DNA of 64,000 nt from Tegillarca granosa (taxonomy: Eukaryota), in the NCBI GenBank assembly GCA_029721355.1, contig CM056607.1, positions 8,403,309 through 8,467,308 on the forward strand, read 5' to 3'. Made by a program: the position numbers and the translations under genes. This document shows, piece by piece, positions 35,501 to 47,146 of this stretch (position 1 is the first letter of the stretch; the number at the start of each line of letters is the position of its first letter). Under the pieces are notes generated by a model. It was given only the letters and a program-made list of their open reading frames with translations. It searched no databases and had not been told where the DNA came from.

Positions 35501-37275
35501 ACGAGGATTCCAAAAACCAGCTTATTCTTCCATCATCACTAGTTACAACTGTGTTATACGAACTGCATAATAGAATGGGACATCCTGGACGAGATCGAAC
35601 AACGTCACTTGTAAAGGACAGATTCTTCTGGTATGGTATGACTAAGGATTTAGAAGAATGGATACAAGGTTGTCACAGATGTATAAAAAGAAAGGCTCCA
35701 ACCAATCAGCGAGCTCCGCTTATAAACATTCAGACCTTTCAGCCGTTAGAATTAGTTTGCATGGACTTTCTTACCTTGGAGGCATCAAAGGGTGGTTTTC
35801 AACATCTACTTGTTATCACAGATCACTTTACGAGATATGCCGTTGCAGTACCAACAAAGAACATGCATGCCAAAACCACAGCAGAAGCATTTATAAATAA
35901 CTTCGTTTTGCATTACGGTTTGCCTCAGAGGATCCATTCTGACCAGGGAGCTAACTTCGAAAGTCGACTTATCCAAGAGCTTTGTTCCATAACTGGTATC
36001 AAGAAATCCCGCACTACGCCATACCATCCGATGGGCAATGGTCTCTGTGAAAGGTTTAATCGGACTCTTCTAGGGATGCTTGGAACATTGGAGCCACATC
36101 AAAAGCCAGACTGGAAGGCTCATGTAGGCGCCATGGTGCACGCATACAATTGCACTCGCCAAGAGACAACTGGATACTCTCCGTATTTTCTTATGTTTGG
36201 TCGAGAGCCTCGTCTACCAATTGACTTAGCTTTTGGACTAAATCCATCTTCTAAACAGCCAACAACAAAGTATGTCGATCAACTAAGAGAAAGATTAAGA
36301 AAGTCCTATGAGTTAGCATCATCAGCAGCTAAAGATTCACAAGCCAGACAGAAGTTACAGTATGACCTGAAGACCAGAGGAGCCACACTATTACCAGGAG
36401 ATAGAGTTCTCGTTAAAGTTGTAGCATTTGACGGTAAACACAAAATTGCTGATAGGTGGGAAGACGAACCATATATCATACTTAAGCAGCCAAATATAGA
36501 TATCCCTGTTTTCAGTGTCAGGAAAGAGAACAATGAAGGAAGAATAAGGACACTCCATCGAAATTTACTGCTACCAATTGGACATTTACCATCGTTTGAT
36601 AACCCAAAACCAACACCGAGGCCAAGACAAGCGAAAAGGAAACAAAATTTATCAGAGGCTAAAGTTGAAGATGATCACACAGTCACTGTAGTTGACCACA
36701 ATGACGATAGTGATGATTCAGATACAGAAGTTTTAATTGTATCCCGGGATTCGATGGACAACACCATTCCTGCAATGGTAGTCAATGAGGATATAGAAAT
36801 GGAAGAGATCCCCAGTGTGACGGGTGACGACTGCGGTTCAACTGGTGGAGTTCTAGAACCTGAATTAGAGAAGGACGCTTCTCATCCTGAAAGTGTAACA
36901 GGAGATTCAGTAAGTTCTGGAAATAATGTAGATGAGTACGAAGAAACTGATGCTAAAGTATTCGTGGAGCCAGTACTCCGAGATGAAGCAACAAGTGGAG
37001 ACATATCAGTGCAATCTTTAGAACATCAGTCAGATGAAGATAAGGATCAAGAAGTTGAGGATATTGGTGTTGGAGTAAGAAGATCGAGGTCAGGTAGAGT
37101 AATAAAAACACCAGTCAGGTTTAAGGATTTTATACAAGTACAACAGCCTCTGAAATCAGATTGGAAAGACAGAGCTGAGTATCTCCAGTCTGTCATAACA
37201 AAAGGTATATTAAATGGATTTGAAAAGGAAGCGTCGAAAACTCTTTTAAATATAATTCAAGGGGATATTAGGTAA
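32572..37275 (+). CDS. Gag-Pol polyprotein (1567 aa) with zinc knuckle, aspartic protease, reverse transcriptase, RNase H and integrase. The C-terminal tail is acidic and Ser/Asp-rich.
   Basis: CCHC knuckle CFRCGQYGHLSFSC at 32797-32838. Protease LLDTGS at about 32992. RT motifs LDMKSGYHQ and YLDD (34327-34338). Integrase HHCC (HNRMGHPGRDRT...CHRC) at about 35560-35700. DDE core (MDFLTL..ITDHFTRY..HSDQGANFES) and GPY/F-like DEPYIILK. No internal stop codons. Confidence 0.95.
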   Translation: MELTERDRRIIKELKKVVQKLNTEIECLKEQLGMSQVSAQTTNYLHYNANEWATTQTTFDQSEESSSYCQQREVQCFRCGQYGHLSFSCRVRMDHRRGPFNFSGQPPPPKDSKQKPLDGIVGCSNEVTITINGIHTKALLDTGSTVSTISQDFYNKHLQSIPISPINDFLNIECADGQSLPYAGYIAADVQLEILPSDHTSCLFLVVPDSNYNSTVPILIGTNILQEVMTETRNQHGVRFLQEAQLESPWYMAFRTITLQEKELEKQGHRLALVKSAAKQRIIIPPNKDVVVECYLDKELPYRPMCAMVHSSPESNINNLDVSPSLVNYRYHRTGRIPVYLSNVTTQTIVINPKAVICELQPVNVLQDQSTASTQDNDILSQVKISADTITQEQLRVGQVLLKEYQDIFSTSDTDIGHTDQVRHRIDLFDDRPFKQRHRRIPPAMFQEVRDHLQQLLAAGVIRRSHSPWASNIVLVRKKSGQLRMCVDYRQLNQRTKKDSYALPRIDEILDSLAGNRYFSVLDMKSGYHQIEIEECHKERTAFTVGPLGFFEYVSMPFGLANSPATYQRLMEDIFSDMNLDICLIYLDDIIIFANTYEEHLERLERVFQRIRESGLKLSPSKCTFFTEKVKYVGHIVSSAGIEPDPEKVEKVSNWPVPKSPEEVRQFLGFIGYYRKFIKNFSKIARPLTDMMPAPKKKKRKHQQIVAQMPWIWGEEQEEAFKILKNQLSLPPILAYPDFSLPFELHTDASIKGLGAVLYQKQQGQDRVIAYASRGLNKAERNYPVHKLEFLALKWAVTEKFHDYLYGHKFTVVTDNNPLTYVLTSAKLDATGHRWIAALASFNFDIIYRPGRKNADADSLSRLPSTTQDDTATDIITLESVSAICNSMNGTPYVECLAVSVETTEGLLDPRDIINEVNIRKEQQADPSLKFWIDCLKDGIRPLKTQLPYGQIHSLLYKNFNRLFLIDDVLYRKVFINEDSKNQLILPSSLVTTVLYELHNRMGHPGRDRTTSLVKDRFFWYGMTKDLEEWIQGCHRCIKRKAPTNQRAPLINIQTFQPLELVCMDFLTLEASKGGFQHLLVITDHFTRYAVAVPTKNMHAKTTAEAFINNFVLHYGLPQRIHSDQGANFESRLIQELCSITGIKKSRTTPYHPMGNGLCERFNRTLLGMLGTLEPHQKPDWKAHVGAMVHAYNCTRQETTGYSPYFLMFGREPRLPIDLAFGLNPSSKQPTTKYVDQLRERLRKSYELASSAAKDSQARQKLQYDLKTRGATLLPGDRVLVKVVAFDGKHKIADRWEDEPYIILKQPNIDIPVFSVRKENNEGRIRTLHRNLLLPIGHLPSFDNPKPTPRPRQAKRKQNLSEAKVEDDHTVTVVDHNDDSDDSDTEVLIVSRDSMDNTIPAMVVNEDIEMEEIPSVTGDDCGSTGGVLEPELEKDASHPESVTGDSVSSGNNVDEYEETDAKVFVEPVLRDEATSGDISVQSLEHQSDEDKDQEVEDIGVGVRRSRSGRVIKTPVRFKDFIQVQQPLKSDWKDRAEYLQSVITKGILNGFEKEASKTLLNIIQGDIR

Positions 37276-37301
37276 GTGAATGACGAGGACGTCATTTTCG
37301 C

Positions 37302-37314
37302 AGGAGGGGAAGAA
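37302..37314 (+). other. Polypurine tract AGGAGGGGAAGAA immediately 5' of the 3' LTR.
   Basis: Direct reading of the sequence. Confidence 0.8.
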
Positions 37315-38639
37315 TGTGGTAGCGTGATTTTAAGTATTTTATGTTTTATAATTGCATGCATATGCACGTCACTATCTTTAGATTTTAGATTTTAGTTTTC
37401 CTTTCTGGAGCCTCTACTTTACCATACTTATATCTATTATACTTACCTTATGCGCAGCGACATCTATAACTGTCAATTCGTAGGATTTCATTGGTTGGGA
37501 TATACCTGGTTTATATCATATTTAGATTGATATATATATATAAAGGTTGATTGGATGCCATCTTGTTTTGGACAGTGTTGAAGAAATTGTTAGAAATATC
37601 TCTAGTGTTTTGAATAAGGTCGTCTTTTTGAAAAGTAAGTACAGTTGTCAGTTTTGTCAAACTAAGCTTTTATTGCTCATGCCTGTTTATAAAGGTATTT
37701 CTCACATACTTACCCTTTCTTCCGTCATGTATCCAAACACTACATATAATATCCTTTCAAAATATCCATCTGTCATAAACACTTTTATATTTATAAAACC
37801 TTACTTCTTTTTTAAAATGTGTAATCCAATAGTTCAATAATATAAACACCGTGCCGGTGATTGAACATTCACTGTGCAGGTAAAGGTCAAAATGCGTGTA
37901 TATAGTGTATAAATAGAACTGTTGTGTTACACGGTGTTATACACTAATACTGTGAAGTATATATATATCGTATACCTAAAAAGCGTTTATGTTGTTATTG
38001 TGTTTTATATAGTTTTATTTGTATTGGTTGTAGATGTTCTGTAACATATTGTTAACACAAGTGGTATAAACAAGAACCATCTAAGCAGGACTCTGTTCCA
38101 CAAACAGGTATACATGCAATTTGATTGTTTTAATAATTTATTTGTGTTTGTTTAGAAAATGTCGGTTTTAGTTCTAGATACATTGGTATGAGTGCATAAA
38201 GGATGTTATCAAGGATTATGTCCCTTGACTAACCTGAATATTATTCGGCATAAGTATACATGCCAAATGTAGTTTGATACATATATAAATCAGTAGTTGA
38301 TAAATGTGAATACGATAACGGTTAAAATTGAATGATTTGATTTAATCTAAAATTACTACAAAGAACTGTAATTCAGTACTTTGTTGAATTGTATTAAACA
38401 CCAAGTTATTTCCAGAACTTGCACTCAAAGATATTTGTATTATTTTAACCGAGAATATTTTATTGTATAGCTTCTTACAATTGTTATATTGTTTCTTTGA
38501 TAGGGTTGTGATTAGAATAGAACTAAATAGAATCGAATTGAGTTGAATTGACTGAATTGTATCGGAGATGTGAATTGAAATAAACAGAACCCTAGAGTAA
38601 ATCGTGTGGTTATTTGTTGTGTACAGTAACCCTATTACA
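37315..38639 (+). repeat. 3' LTR (1325 bp).
   Basis: Identical to 29739-31063. Confidence 0.95.
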
Positions 38640-39054
38640 TTATTACCCAACAAAAAGCCTTTCGGCTAATATGTAATAATTACAAAATATAGTAATCAGA
38701 TGAATAGAAAAATACTATGTATAGTAAGTTATATACATCAAGATCACTCCTAATTAATTCATAGGAGGAGGACAAGCACAAAGTAAAGACCTCGAAGAAC
38801 TGGTAACTGGTAACAAAGAAATCTGTCATACACTACTTGTCCCGCATGATACCAGCATGGTGTACTGAGAAACTTGCTGAAATTCCGAAATTTCAATTTT
38901 TCTTTCTCCTCCTTTACCAAATAGCTCTTGGGTGTAGAGATTCTAATTCTGATTTGCATCATTTGCATCATTTGAAACAGTTTATTTACATTCGAACATT
39001 AGTATTGACTGGTAACAAATTGGAAAATTAGAAGATGAATTTTTCATACTAGGA

Positions 39055-39128
<74 letters not shown>
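39055..39128. repeat. (TA)n microsatellite, about 36 units.
   Basis: Direct reading of the sequence. Confidence 0.95.
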
Positions 39129-39133
<5 letters not shown>

Positions 39134-39310
39134 TACATGTATTACCACGCGTAATAAATTTTTATTTTTATTGAAATAAAATTAATATTTCTGTTTTTGT
39201 AGAATTAATCATGATAGGTCATGACATTATTCAATATAAACTGACACAGATAACACACTTTCAATGTGCAATAGAATACTGTTGTGTCTTAAGATAACGT
39301 ACGGTGGATC

Positions 39311-39395
39311 GAAGTTTCAAATTAACTTATTCGATTATTCGAACCCCCCGATTATTCGAACCTAAAATAAAGACCCTTCAACTTCGAATAATCGA
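39311..39395. repeat. Imperfect palindrome (cgaagtttcaaattaacttattcgattattcgaac ... cttcgaataatcgaagtttgac).
   Basis: Inverted arms attcgattattcgaa and ttcgaataatcgaagttt. Confidence 0.5.
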
Positions 39396-41272
39396 AGTTT
39401 GACTGTATATGCAGATTTAGACATTCAGTTTCAAGAGTGTATTACACTTCTGGAAACGTGAAAGGAGTAAAAATCTACTGGGTCACAGATATAAATAACA
39501 CAACTTCGGCGATTTACTTTAATCCCATAATTCCGGTTAAATAATGCGTGTCCGTCCATAGAAGTCACAGTTTGGTAGTCAAAACAGTCTTTGATGTAGA
39601 AGAATGTTCTATGTGTATTAATTGAAACAAAGGGTTATTTCCATCAAAATGTTCGTATTTTATGGAAGTACATGTATACGGAATGCTGAATTCTAAAATG
39701 TATGTTTCAACACATAACGTAATGTTTTATAAAGTTTTAATATTCAAAATCGTTTCGTTTTGGCGCAAAACTTTGCATCTTTTTGGATGTTTCAAGTTAA
39801 AATTCCATTGTAACAAATTTTGAATTCTATAGGCGGATGCCTCGACTTATATTGAGAATCATTTGATCTCAACCGGTTTCCGGTTTGAAATATTGTGACT
39901 TTTTTCTGAAACACTAAAATTAACAGATCTATATCATCATCCTGGGTATCTAGACTTTAGATGTATATTGTTTGTGAAATACCTGAAATATATAAAGTAA
40001 TATAAAATCAACTTGCATTATACTAGTATTCTTTTTTGAAATACCTCAATTTTGATGACACTTCTTGATCCCTTCGTAGTCTCCACAATAGTGACGTTTT
40101 TTTGTTTTTTTTTTTTGTATTCAAAAATCTTTCTTGCCGGGGGTAAAGTTTACGATCACATGACCACCTGCTGGGTAAGGACACAGACCGGTTTGGACCT
40201 TTAATCTTTCAACAATAATAAATTACTGAATAAAAGAAGCCGATTATGATCCCAGATAAAGATGACTTGACATTTATACCCAACAAGTTTACTCAACGAT
40301 TATCACAAAATAAAAACATTATTTGAACATCAAATTGATGGTTTTTGTCTCCATTGAAAAAGAACGAGGCATTTACAGAAACAGCAGTCATGCTGTCGTG
40401 AACGTCGACAACATTAGTGCAAAATTTGGTTAAGGTTTTTTGAAATGTAAATTTTGGAATTTTAATTGGAAAAATTATATGATGTTAATTTGGTGATGAA
40501 CTAAAAATTCGGAAAGATTTTGGAAAATGTTTATTGTCAAAAAGAAACATAAATCTACCACAGTCCATGTTTAAATCACAATCCCAAAAGCAAACGGTAA
40601 AAACTATGAACACTGGCAAATAAAGTTACAAACGTGAACTTCCACCAGGGAAGTGAGACCGGGTGCTACGGAAGAGTAAGCGCCTCCTGTTAGGTAGCTA
40701 TACCCGCTACGTCGAGAATGAAAAGAACATGAAACTATGGGACGCCAAATTAAGCAATGGAACTTTGGATACAGCAACGTCATACTTCTCAAGAACATTG
40801 TGATGACGGTCATAAAAAATTTCGGGTCTTGATAAACCAGGCTAGCAATACCCCTTAGCCAACAATTTATTTGTAGGCAGCTTGTTTCGTGCATGTACAT
40901 TATGTTTCCTAAGTGTGAAAAAGCTCTATCATACCGTATTGACTGTGAAACAAATACAACACAAAAATTCAGGGAAAATAGCAACTTGAAAGGAAAGAGT
41001 CAAGATGTTAAGAAAATACTATTTTAATATAATTATATCTTTTTGAGATATTGTATATATTATATATTTTAACCATTATAAAGTTATTAAACATATGTAA
41101 CGGGTTTTGAATGATTTTGCGTGCATGGTACACTGAAAAATCTGGTTTTGGAAAATACTTTCACAATTGTTTTTAGATATTCATTTAAAAATTGAATAAA
41201 TCTTCTTCTACATTTACATTTGTTATGGGATTTAAATGATGTTACATGCTTCACTTAATTCTGGGTGAAAAG

Positions 41273-41383
<111 letters not shown>

Positions 41384-41987
41384 AGAAAATGCTGTGACAT
41401 TTATTATTTATTTCAGTTATTCATTTAAAAATTAATAATATCATCCTGTAACATGGTTCTTCCCTATTTTATTATGAAATGTTACCATCTAAAGGAATTT
41501 CATTATTTGACTGAAGTAGTTTTTGATTTATTTTAAAGTTAAGTTATTTTATTTTTAAATTATTTTTTTTAAATGTAGAAATGACAAACATAGAAAATAT
41601 TTTTATTTTAATTTCAGAAAAAATGGAAAACAATCGGACTTAGAAAACATCTTAAATGAGTTAATAGTACTTTTGTTTGAAATCATAATCAGAGAAATTC
41701 ACTTCAAACATTATTGAAGGAAATAAGAAGAAATCAGCATAAAATAGATACTTAACAGTCGCGTATAGATAAGATTTAAATTGGTATGTCCAACTTTATT
41801 TTAAATAGACTTCTATGAAATGCAAACAAATTGATTTAATAATGGCAACCTCACTGGTCAGTCTTTATTTATTCTGGTCAAAGCTACTACAGAATAATTA
41901 ATAATAATCAAGTTCGATGTAGATAACGTGAATGTAATTTTGTTAAATTTGTCGTGAAATATTTTCTCTTTAATCACATGTTTCGAT

Positions 41988-42776
41988 ATGTTGTCTGCAC
42001 AGCACCATAGCAAGATCGGACAACAGGTAAAATTAACATTGTAAAACTCGGTATGATTGTTGTGTTGTCTGTACAAATACCCGAGACAGATCGGACAACA
42101 GGTAAAATTGACATTGTAAAACTCGGTATGATTGTTGTGTTGTCCGTACAAATACCCGAGACAGATCGGTCAACAGGTAAAACTGACATTGTAAAACTCG
42201 GTATGATTGTTGTGTTGTCCGTACAAATACCCGAGACAGGTCGGACAACAGGTAAAATTAACATTGTAAAACTCGGTATGATTGTTGTGTTGTCCGTACA
42301 AATACCCGAGACAGGTCGGACAACAGGTAAAATTAACATTGTAAAACTCGGTATGATTGTTGTGTTGTCCGTACAAATACCCGAGACAGGTCGGACAACA
42401 GGTAAAATTAACATTGTAAAACTCGGTATGATTGTTGTGTTGTCCGTACAAATACCCGAGACAGATCGGACAACAGGTAAAATTGACATTGTAAAACTCG
42501 GTATGATTGTTGTGTTGTCCGTACAAATACCCGAGACAGAACGGACAACAGGTAAAATTAACATTGTAAAACTCGGTATGATTGTTGTGTTGTCCGTACA
42601 AATACCTGAGACAGATCGGACAACAGGTAAAATTGACATTGTAAAACTCGGTATGATTGTTGTTTTGTCCGTACAAATACCTCAGACAGATCGGACAACG
42701 CATAAAATTGAAATTGTAAATCTTGGTATGATCGTAACGTTGTCTGTACAAATACCTGAGACTGATCGGACAACAT
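41988..42776. repeat. 75-bp minisatellite, about 10.5 copies.
   Basis: The ggtaaaatt motif recurs at 42026, 42101, 42176 and onwards (period 75). The unit is approximately ggtaaaattaacattgtaaaactcggtatgattgttgtgttgtccgtacaaatacccgagacagatcggacaaca. Because 75 = 25 codons, long spurious ORFs appear on both strands. Confidence 0.95.
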
Positions 42777-43054
42777 TCGCGAATTTTCGAAACAAATTGT
42801 AATTACTAACTTGTTATTCCGTTGTTGTTTATTATTGGGGTGTTTTATATATATGTTCTATGTTGTGAAATAATAAAGGCTTTCTTGACAGCATCTGACT
42901 AGATGTGTTCTTGTCATTTTTAGAAAATGGTAACGAGGTGTTAAGAGTTAAACCACAATAACGCATAACCAAAAGTCCAACTATGAAATAAATTTTAAAC
43001 CACCCAAACTACATAATAACAACAAAACTAAACAAGTTAAAAAAAACTAAATGG

Positions 43055-45197
43055 ATGGACAAAGATTGTTTCACCTTGCGTAAAGAATTTAGAATGCTAG
43101 CAAAAAAGATACAGAAATTTCCAAATAATTTCCCCCTTAAACAAACTTTTGATAAAATAAGCAAAGAATACAAGATACTGAAAAGGGTCAAAAGAAAATC
43201 TTTTTTAAAAGATATTACTTCCTGGTTTGATAATTTTCATAAAATATTTGATAACCTTAGTGCAAGTACTAAATCATCCAATAATAATATCTCTTTCACA
43301 GAATGGACACCGTACTTTAAATCTCTATACAATGAAGATAAATCTATAAACACAAGTAATATCAATAAAACACCTCTGAATTTTAATGACGAGTCATACC
43401 ATGAAATAGAAAATCAAGATTTAGACTTTCCTTTTACTTGTAAAGAAATAAAACAAAAATTAAAACAGCTACAAAATAATAGAAGAGAAGGTTTTGATCA
43501 AATAACAAATGAAATGTTAAAATATGGTAGCTCAATCTTGCTTCTACCAATCGCAAAACTTTTTAATGCAGTTTTATATAGTGGTCATTTCCCAGATTGT
43601 TGGAATTATTCTCTTTTATCTGTCATACATGAAAAAGGTGATGTTAGAGATTGTAACAATTATAGGGGTAAAAGTTTGGGCAGTTCACTAGGAAAGTTAT
43701 TTACTGCACTGTTACAACAGAGATTATATCAATATTTAGACAGTAAACACTTTTTTAGTCCATTTCAAGCAGGATTTAGACCAGATCATAGAACGACAGA
43801 TCACAATTACACTCTCAAAACTATCATAAACAAATTTATTTCTAAACTTAAAAAGCCACTCTTCTGTTGTTTTATTGATTCTTCAAAAGCATTTGACTCA
43901 GTCTGGGGAGAAGGATTAATTCATAAACTGAAAACTGCAGGAGTTTCTGGTAAATTTTTGAATTGTAATACCTGGAAACTTCAAGTTAACATTGATAAGA
44001 GTAAGGAAATGATTTTCAGTAAGCAGTGTCTCAAATATGACAAATTTAGCTTTACATTTGGTACTCAAAAGTTACAGATTGTGGATAGCTACAAATATCT
44101 TGGAGTAGATTTTCACTTTAATGGAAACCTTAAACATGCAGCCATAAATTTATCTGACAAAGGTACCAAGGCATTTTTTTCATTACGTAGCAAACTAAAA
44201 GAACTCCCAGATTTGCCAATAAATATACAGATGAAATTATTTGATACACTTATAAAGCCTATTGGCACATATGCTGGGGAAATTTGGATCTCAGATTACA
44301 ATTGCAAGTTGCTACAAGACACAATGGCTTTTGAAAGCTACATTTAAAAGCTTGTAAATTTATATTAGGTGTTCATAGCAGAACTTCTAACCTAGGTTGT
44401 AAGTGTGAATTGGGTAGATTACCATTACTATTAGATATATTGTATAGTATGTTTAAATACAACCAATGTTATGTGACATGCCACAGGACAGACTTCTATA
44501 CCATATTTTCCAAAATGACAAAGGTTTATTTTCAGAGGGTTTTACTTCATGGTATGGTAGTCTACAACATTTCTTAAAACAAATCAAAATTCCAAAATTA
44601 ATCTCAGCTGATATAGTCACATTTAGGGAAGAATTAAGAAATTTTTATATCAATAAAATAAAGCTCATGTTTTAAAAATATAAAAGTAACTGGTGAAGGA
44701 AAACTATTTCTCTATAGTTTTATTTTTAATAATTTTCAAGTTCCATATTATTTAAATAAACCTTTACCAAAACAAGAGAGGATGTTGATTACAAAATTTA
44801 GGATAAGTGCTCACTCTTTACATATAGATACTGGTAGATATACCAAGATTGAACGTTCAAAAAGAATCTGTAAATTTTGTTCAAATTCAGTTGATGACGA
44901 AAGTCACTTCATACTATTTTGTAATAAATATATATACATTTACGTCAGAAATACATAGTGAATAATATTAAGAATAACCCTTTTACAAATAGTATTCTGT
45001 TAACTGCTGGCATTTTGAACCCACAAAGTTATGTAGATACGATCCATATAACTTCTTACCTGAACCATGCTATGGACCTAAGAAACAGTTAGTTTTGTGT
45101 TTCTTTATGTTGATGGAGAACACTATTGTAACATATATGTACTATGTACTTTTATGTAACATGGTATTCCAATAAATAAATAAATAAATAAATAAAT
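43055..45197 (+). mobile_element. Degraded non-LTR retrotransposon (LINE) fragment. It has an RT domain with an internal deletion, a C-terminal Cys-rich motif and an (AAAT)n tail, and is CR1/L2-like.
   Basis: ORF 43055-44347 has RT motifs NYRGKSLGSSLGKLFTALLQQRL, QAGFRPDHRTTD and FIDSSKAFDSV but lacks the YxDD block. The downstream frame-shifted pieces (44760-44940) encode ...RISAHSLHIDTGRY..RICKFC....DESHFILFCNKY, typical of CR1/L2/Rex1-type C-termini. An (AAAT)6 microsatellite tail lies at 45172-45197. Confidence 0.55.
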
Positions 45198-45515
45198 ATG
45201 ATAAAATATAAAATAAAATGGATTCAGAAAACGACAGTTGATTAAATAAAACTGTATTTGCAAATATAACAGTGGTGCAAATACAACATCTGGCCCCGGT
45301 TTCACAATCATTCCTTAACTAAGATTTTCCTTAATTTATATTTAGTAAAATTTGGTCATCCCCTTTTTAGGTATTAAAGGTATTGGGGTTTGATTTGAAT
45401 TTGGCGAAAAACTGTAATTACATGTAATATAAATAAATTGTTAGTTTATATTTTGAAAAAAAAAAATAACGGATTTCAATGCCGCTTAAAACTGTGCAAC
45501 ATACTTCTACCGAGA

Positions 45516-45516
<1 letters not shown>

Positions 45517-45565
<49 letters not shown>
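45517..45565. repeat. (CA)n microsatellite.
   Basis: Direct reading of the sequence. Confidence 0.95.
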
Positions 45566-45566
<1 letters not shown>

Positions 45567-45599
45567 ATGGGCGGATTCAGAATTTTATGATTGGGGGAG

Positions 45600-45860
45600 G
45601 GAATTTTATCATGCAAGCGCCGAAGGTTCAAGCACCCAGCAGTGAGGGGTGGCAGAGGCAGCTAAACCCAAAAGTGTCTTTATCGCCCAGGTTCGCGGAC
45701 CGCACTCGGACAGATTCTAGTGTTAGAATGTTTGTCAGTTTGCTTGCCGAAGGTCGGTAGTTTTCTCCAGAAACCCCGGTTTCCTCTTTCATCTTATAAC
45801 TAACCGCCTTGAAATAAGTAAAATATTCTTAATGGGGACATAAAATATCATTATTCTAAA
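45600..45860 (+). mobile_element. SINE-related copy sharing the CORE/MIR-like central domain with the 14175-14953 SINEs.
   Basis: ctagtgttagaatgtttgtcagtttgcttgccgaaggtcggtagttttctccagaaaccccggtttcctctttcatcttataac...gccttgaaataagtaaaatattcttaatgggga parallels the body of the SINE pair. It also resembles MIR ...cagtttcctcatctgtaaaatgggg. Confidence 0.4.
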
Positions 45861-46277
45861 CTGACATTTGGATATTTAAATTAATGACAGTCAATAAAAC
45901 TTAACTATGAGAACAACTAGATCTAGCATGTAAACAAAATGTTTCGTATCATAGATCAAACCCTAGATAACCTGTTTAACAATGTTCTGAAAAAAAAAAA
46001 ACTAAAATGATAAACTGCAGGTGGGTACAGTTTATATTAATAAAATCGCGCACATGACAAGTAATGAAGAGCATAGATCTACACTTTTCGTGTATTTCTA
46101 CATGGTTTAACTTCAACTTGACCTTATCTATAGATCATGCTGATACTGTATAAATTAGCCCACAATAACAATCGTGTTTAATGTGTAACACAGACGCTTT
46201 TGTATTGAAATGAAATTTAATATGTGTATACATCAACATTTATTTCAACAAGATTGTAATCAAACTGAAAGGGGAGA

Positions 46278-46770
46278 GTTTGTACGAAAACGTATAGGGG
46301 ACAATGATGTAAATTTTTAAAATCTGCCATGTGACAAATGGTGGGTAAAAAACTTATTCACCATAGCGGATTAATAATGGCAGATTTGTAATTCGTCGTG
46401 ACAGAATACACAGGGGCTTGGTGTCAGGATTTCGGTATTTTTGTTTTTAAGATTATTCATTGGTGTTTTTATTACATGCTAGGTTGGTACTAGTTCATAC
46501 AAAATTCCGAAATATATAACATGTTTTTTAATGTTATACATTTCGGAATTTTGTGATGTTTGTTAAAAATGGATTTCAGGCAAAGTTATCGATATGTATG
46601 AACTAGTACCAACCTCGCATGTAATAAAAACACCAATGAATAATCTTAAAAACAAAAATACCGAAATCCTGACACCAAGCCCCTGTGACAGAATACTCAT
46701 TCGCCATGGAGGATTAATAATCGGTTTTATCTAATAAAAATTTACAATGTCCCCTATACGTTTTCGTAGG
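46278..46770. repeat. Long foldback palindrome of about 490 bp, with nested inverted repeats.
   Basis: Outer arms are tgtacgaaaacgtataggggacaatg (46278) and caatgtcccctatacgttttcgtag (46745). Inner arms of about 105 bp are near-perfect (gacagaatacacaggggcttggtgtcaggatttcggtatttttg...tagttcatac at 46391-46495, with its reverse complement at 46595-46700). The loop is itself palindromic (aaaattccgaaatatataacat...atgttatacatttcggaatttt). Confidence 0.8.
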
Positions 46771-47055
46771 TTTGTATGACACATTTAAAACGAAAGCTCA
46801 GTTTGCCTGTATATTTTAATTAACATTGAATTTCCAGCTGTTTTCACTGGTACTTGGGAACAGGAGTGATTTATTTAATTAATTTTCAACAGTCTTCACC
46901 TATAAGAATACATTAATCAACCAGAATAATAATAATAATAATAATAATAAAAATAAATAAAAATAAAAGTTAAAAATACCCTCTACCTATATATTGAAGC
47001 AATTAAATTTAATTTTGACCAGTGTATAAGTACTTTTCTGCAATAAATGTAGGTC

Positions 47056-47146
47056 TTAATTACTCCTATTTAATAAGAGTCCGAGACGCTGGCAAGACGT
47101 TTTTGATATTGTGCCAACGTCGGACTCTTATTTAATAGGAGTAGGT
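47056..47146. repeat. Hairpin palindrome with about 25-bp arms and a 30-bp spacer.
   Basis: actcctatttaataagagtccgagacgctggcaa ... ttgtgccaacgtcggactcttatttaataggagt. Confidence 0.7.

Larger units (their letters stand above)
29739..38639 (+). mobile_element. Complete Ty3/gypsy-type LTR retrotransposon (8.9 kb), apparently recently inserted.
   Basis: Two 1325-bp LTRs (TGTGG...TTACA) are identical in every segment compared. Flanking 4-bp direct repeats TTAT lie at 29735-29738 and 38640-38643. The PBS lies 3 nt after the 5' LTR and the PPT abuts the 3' LTR. The single 1567-aa ORF has the domain order CCHC - protease - RT - RNase H - integrase. Confidence 0.95.

Noticed and set aside
40604-40984. 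126-aa minus-strand ORF
   Set aside because: No recognisable domain, no splice context. Left unannotated.
41974-42802. Four overlapping ORFs of 190-250 aa
   Set aside because: Generated by the 75-bp minisatellite. No coding signature.
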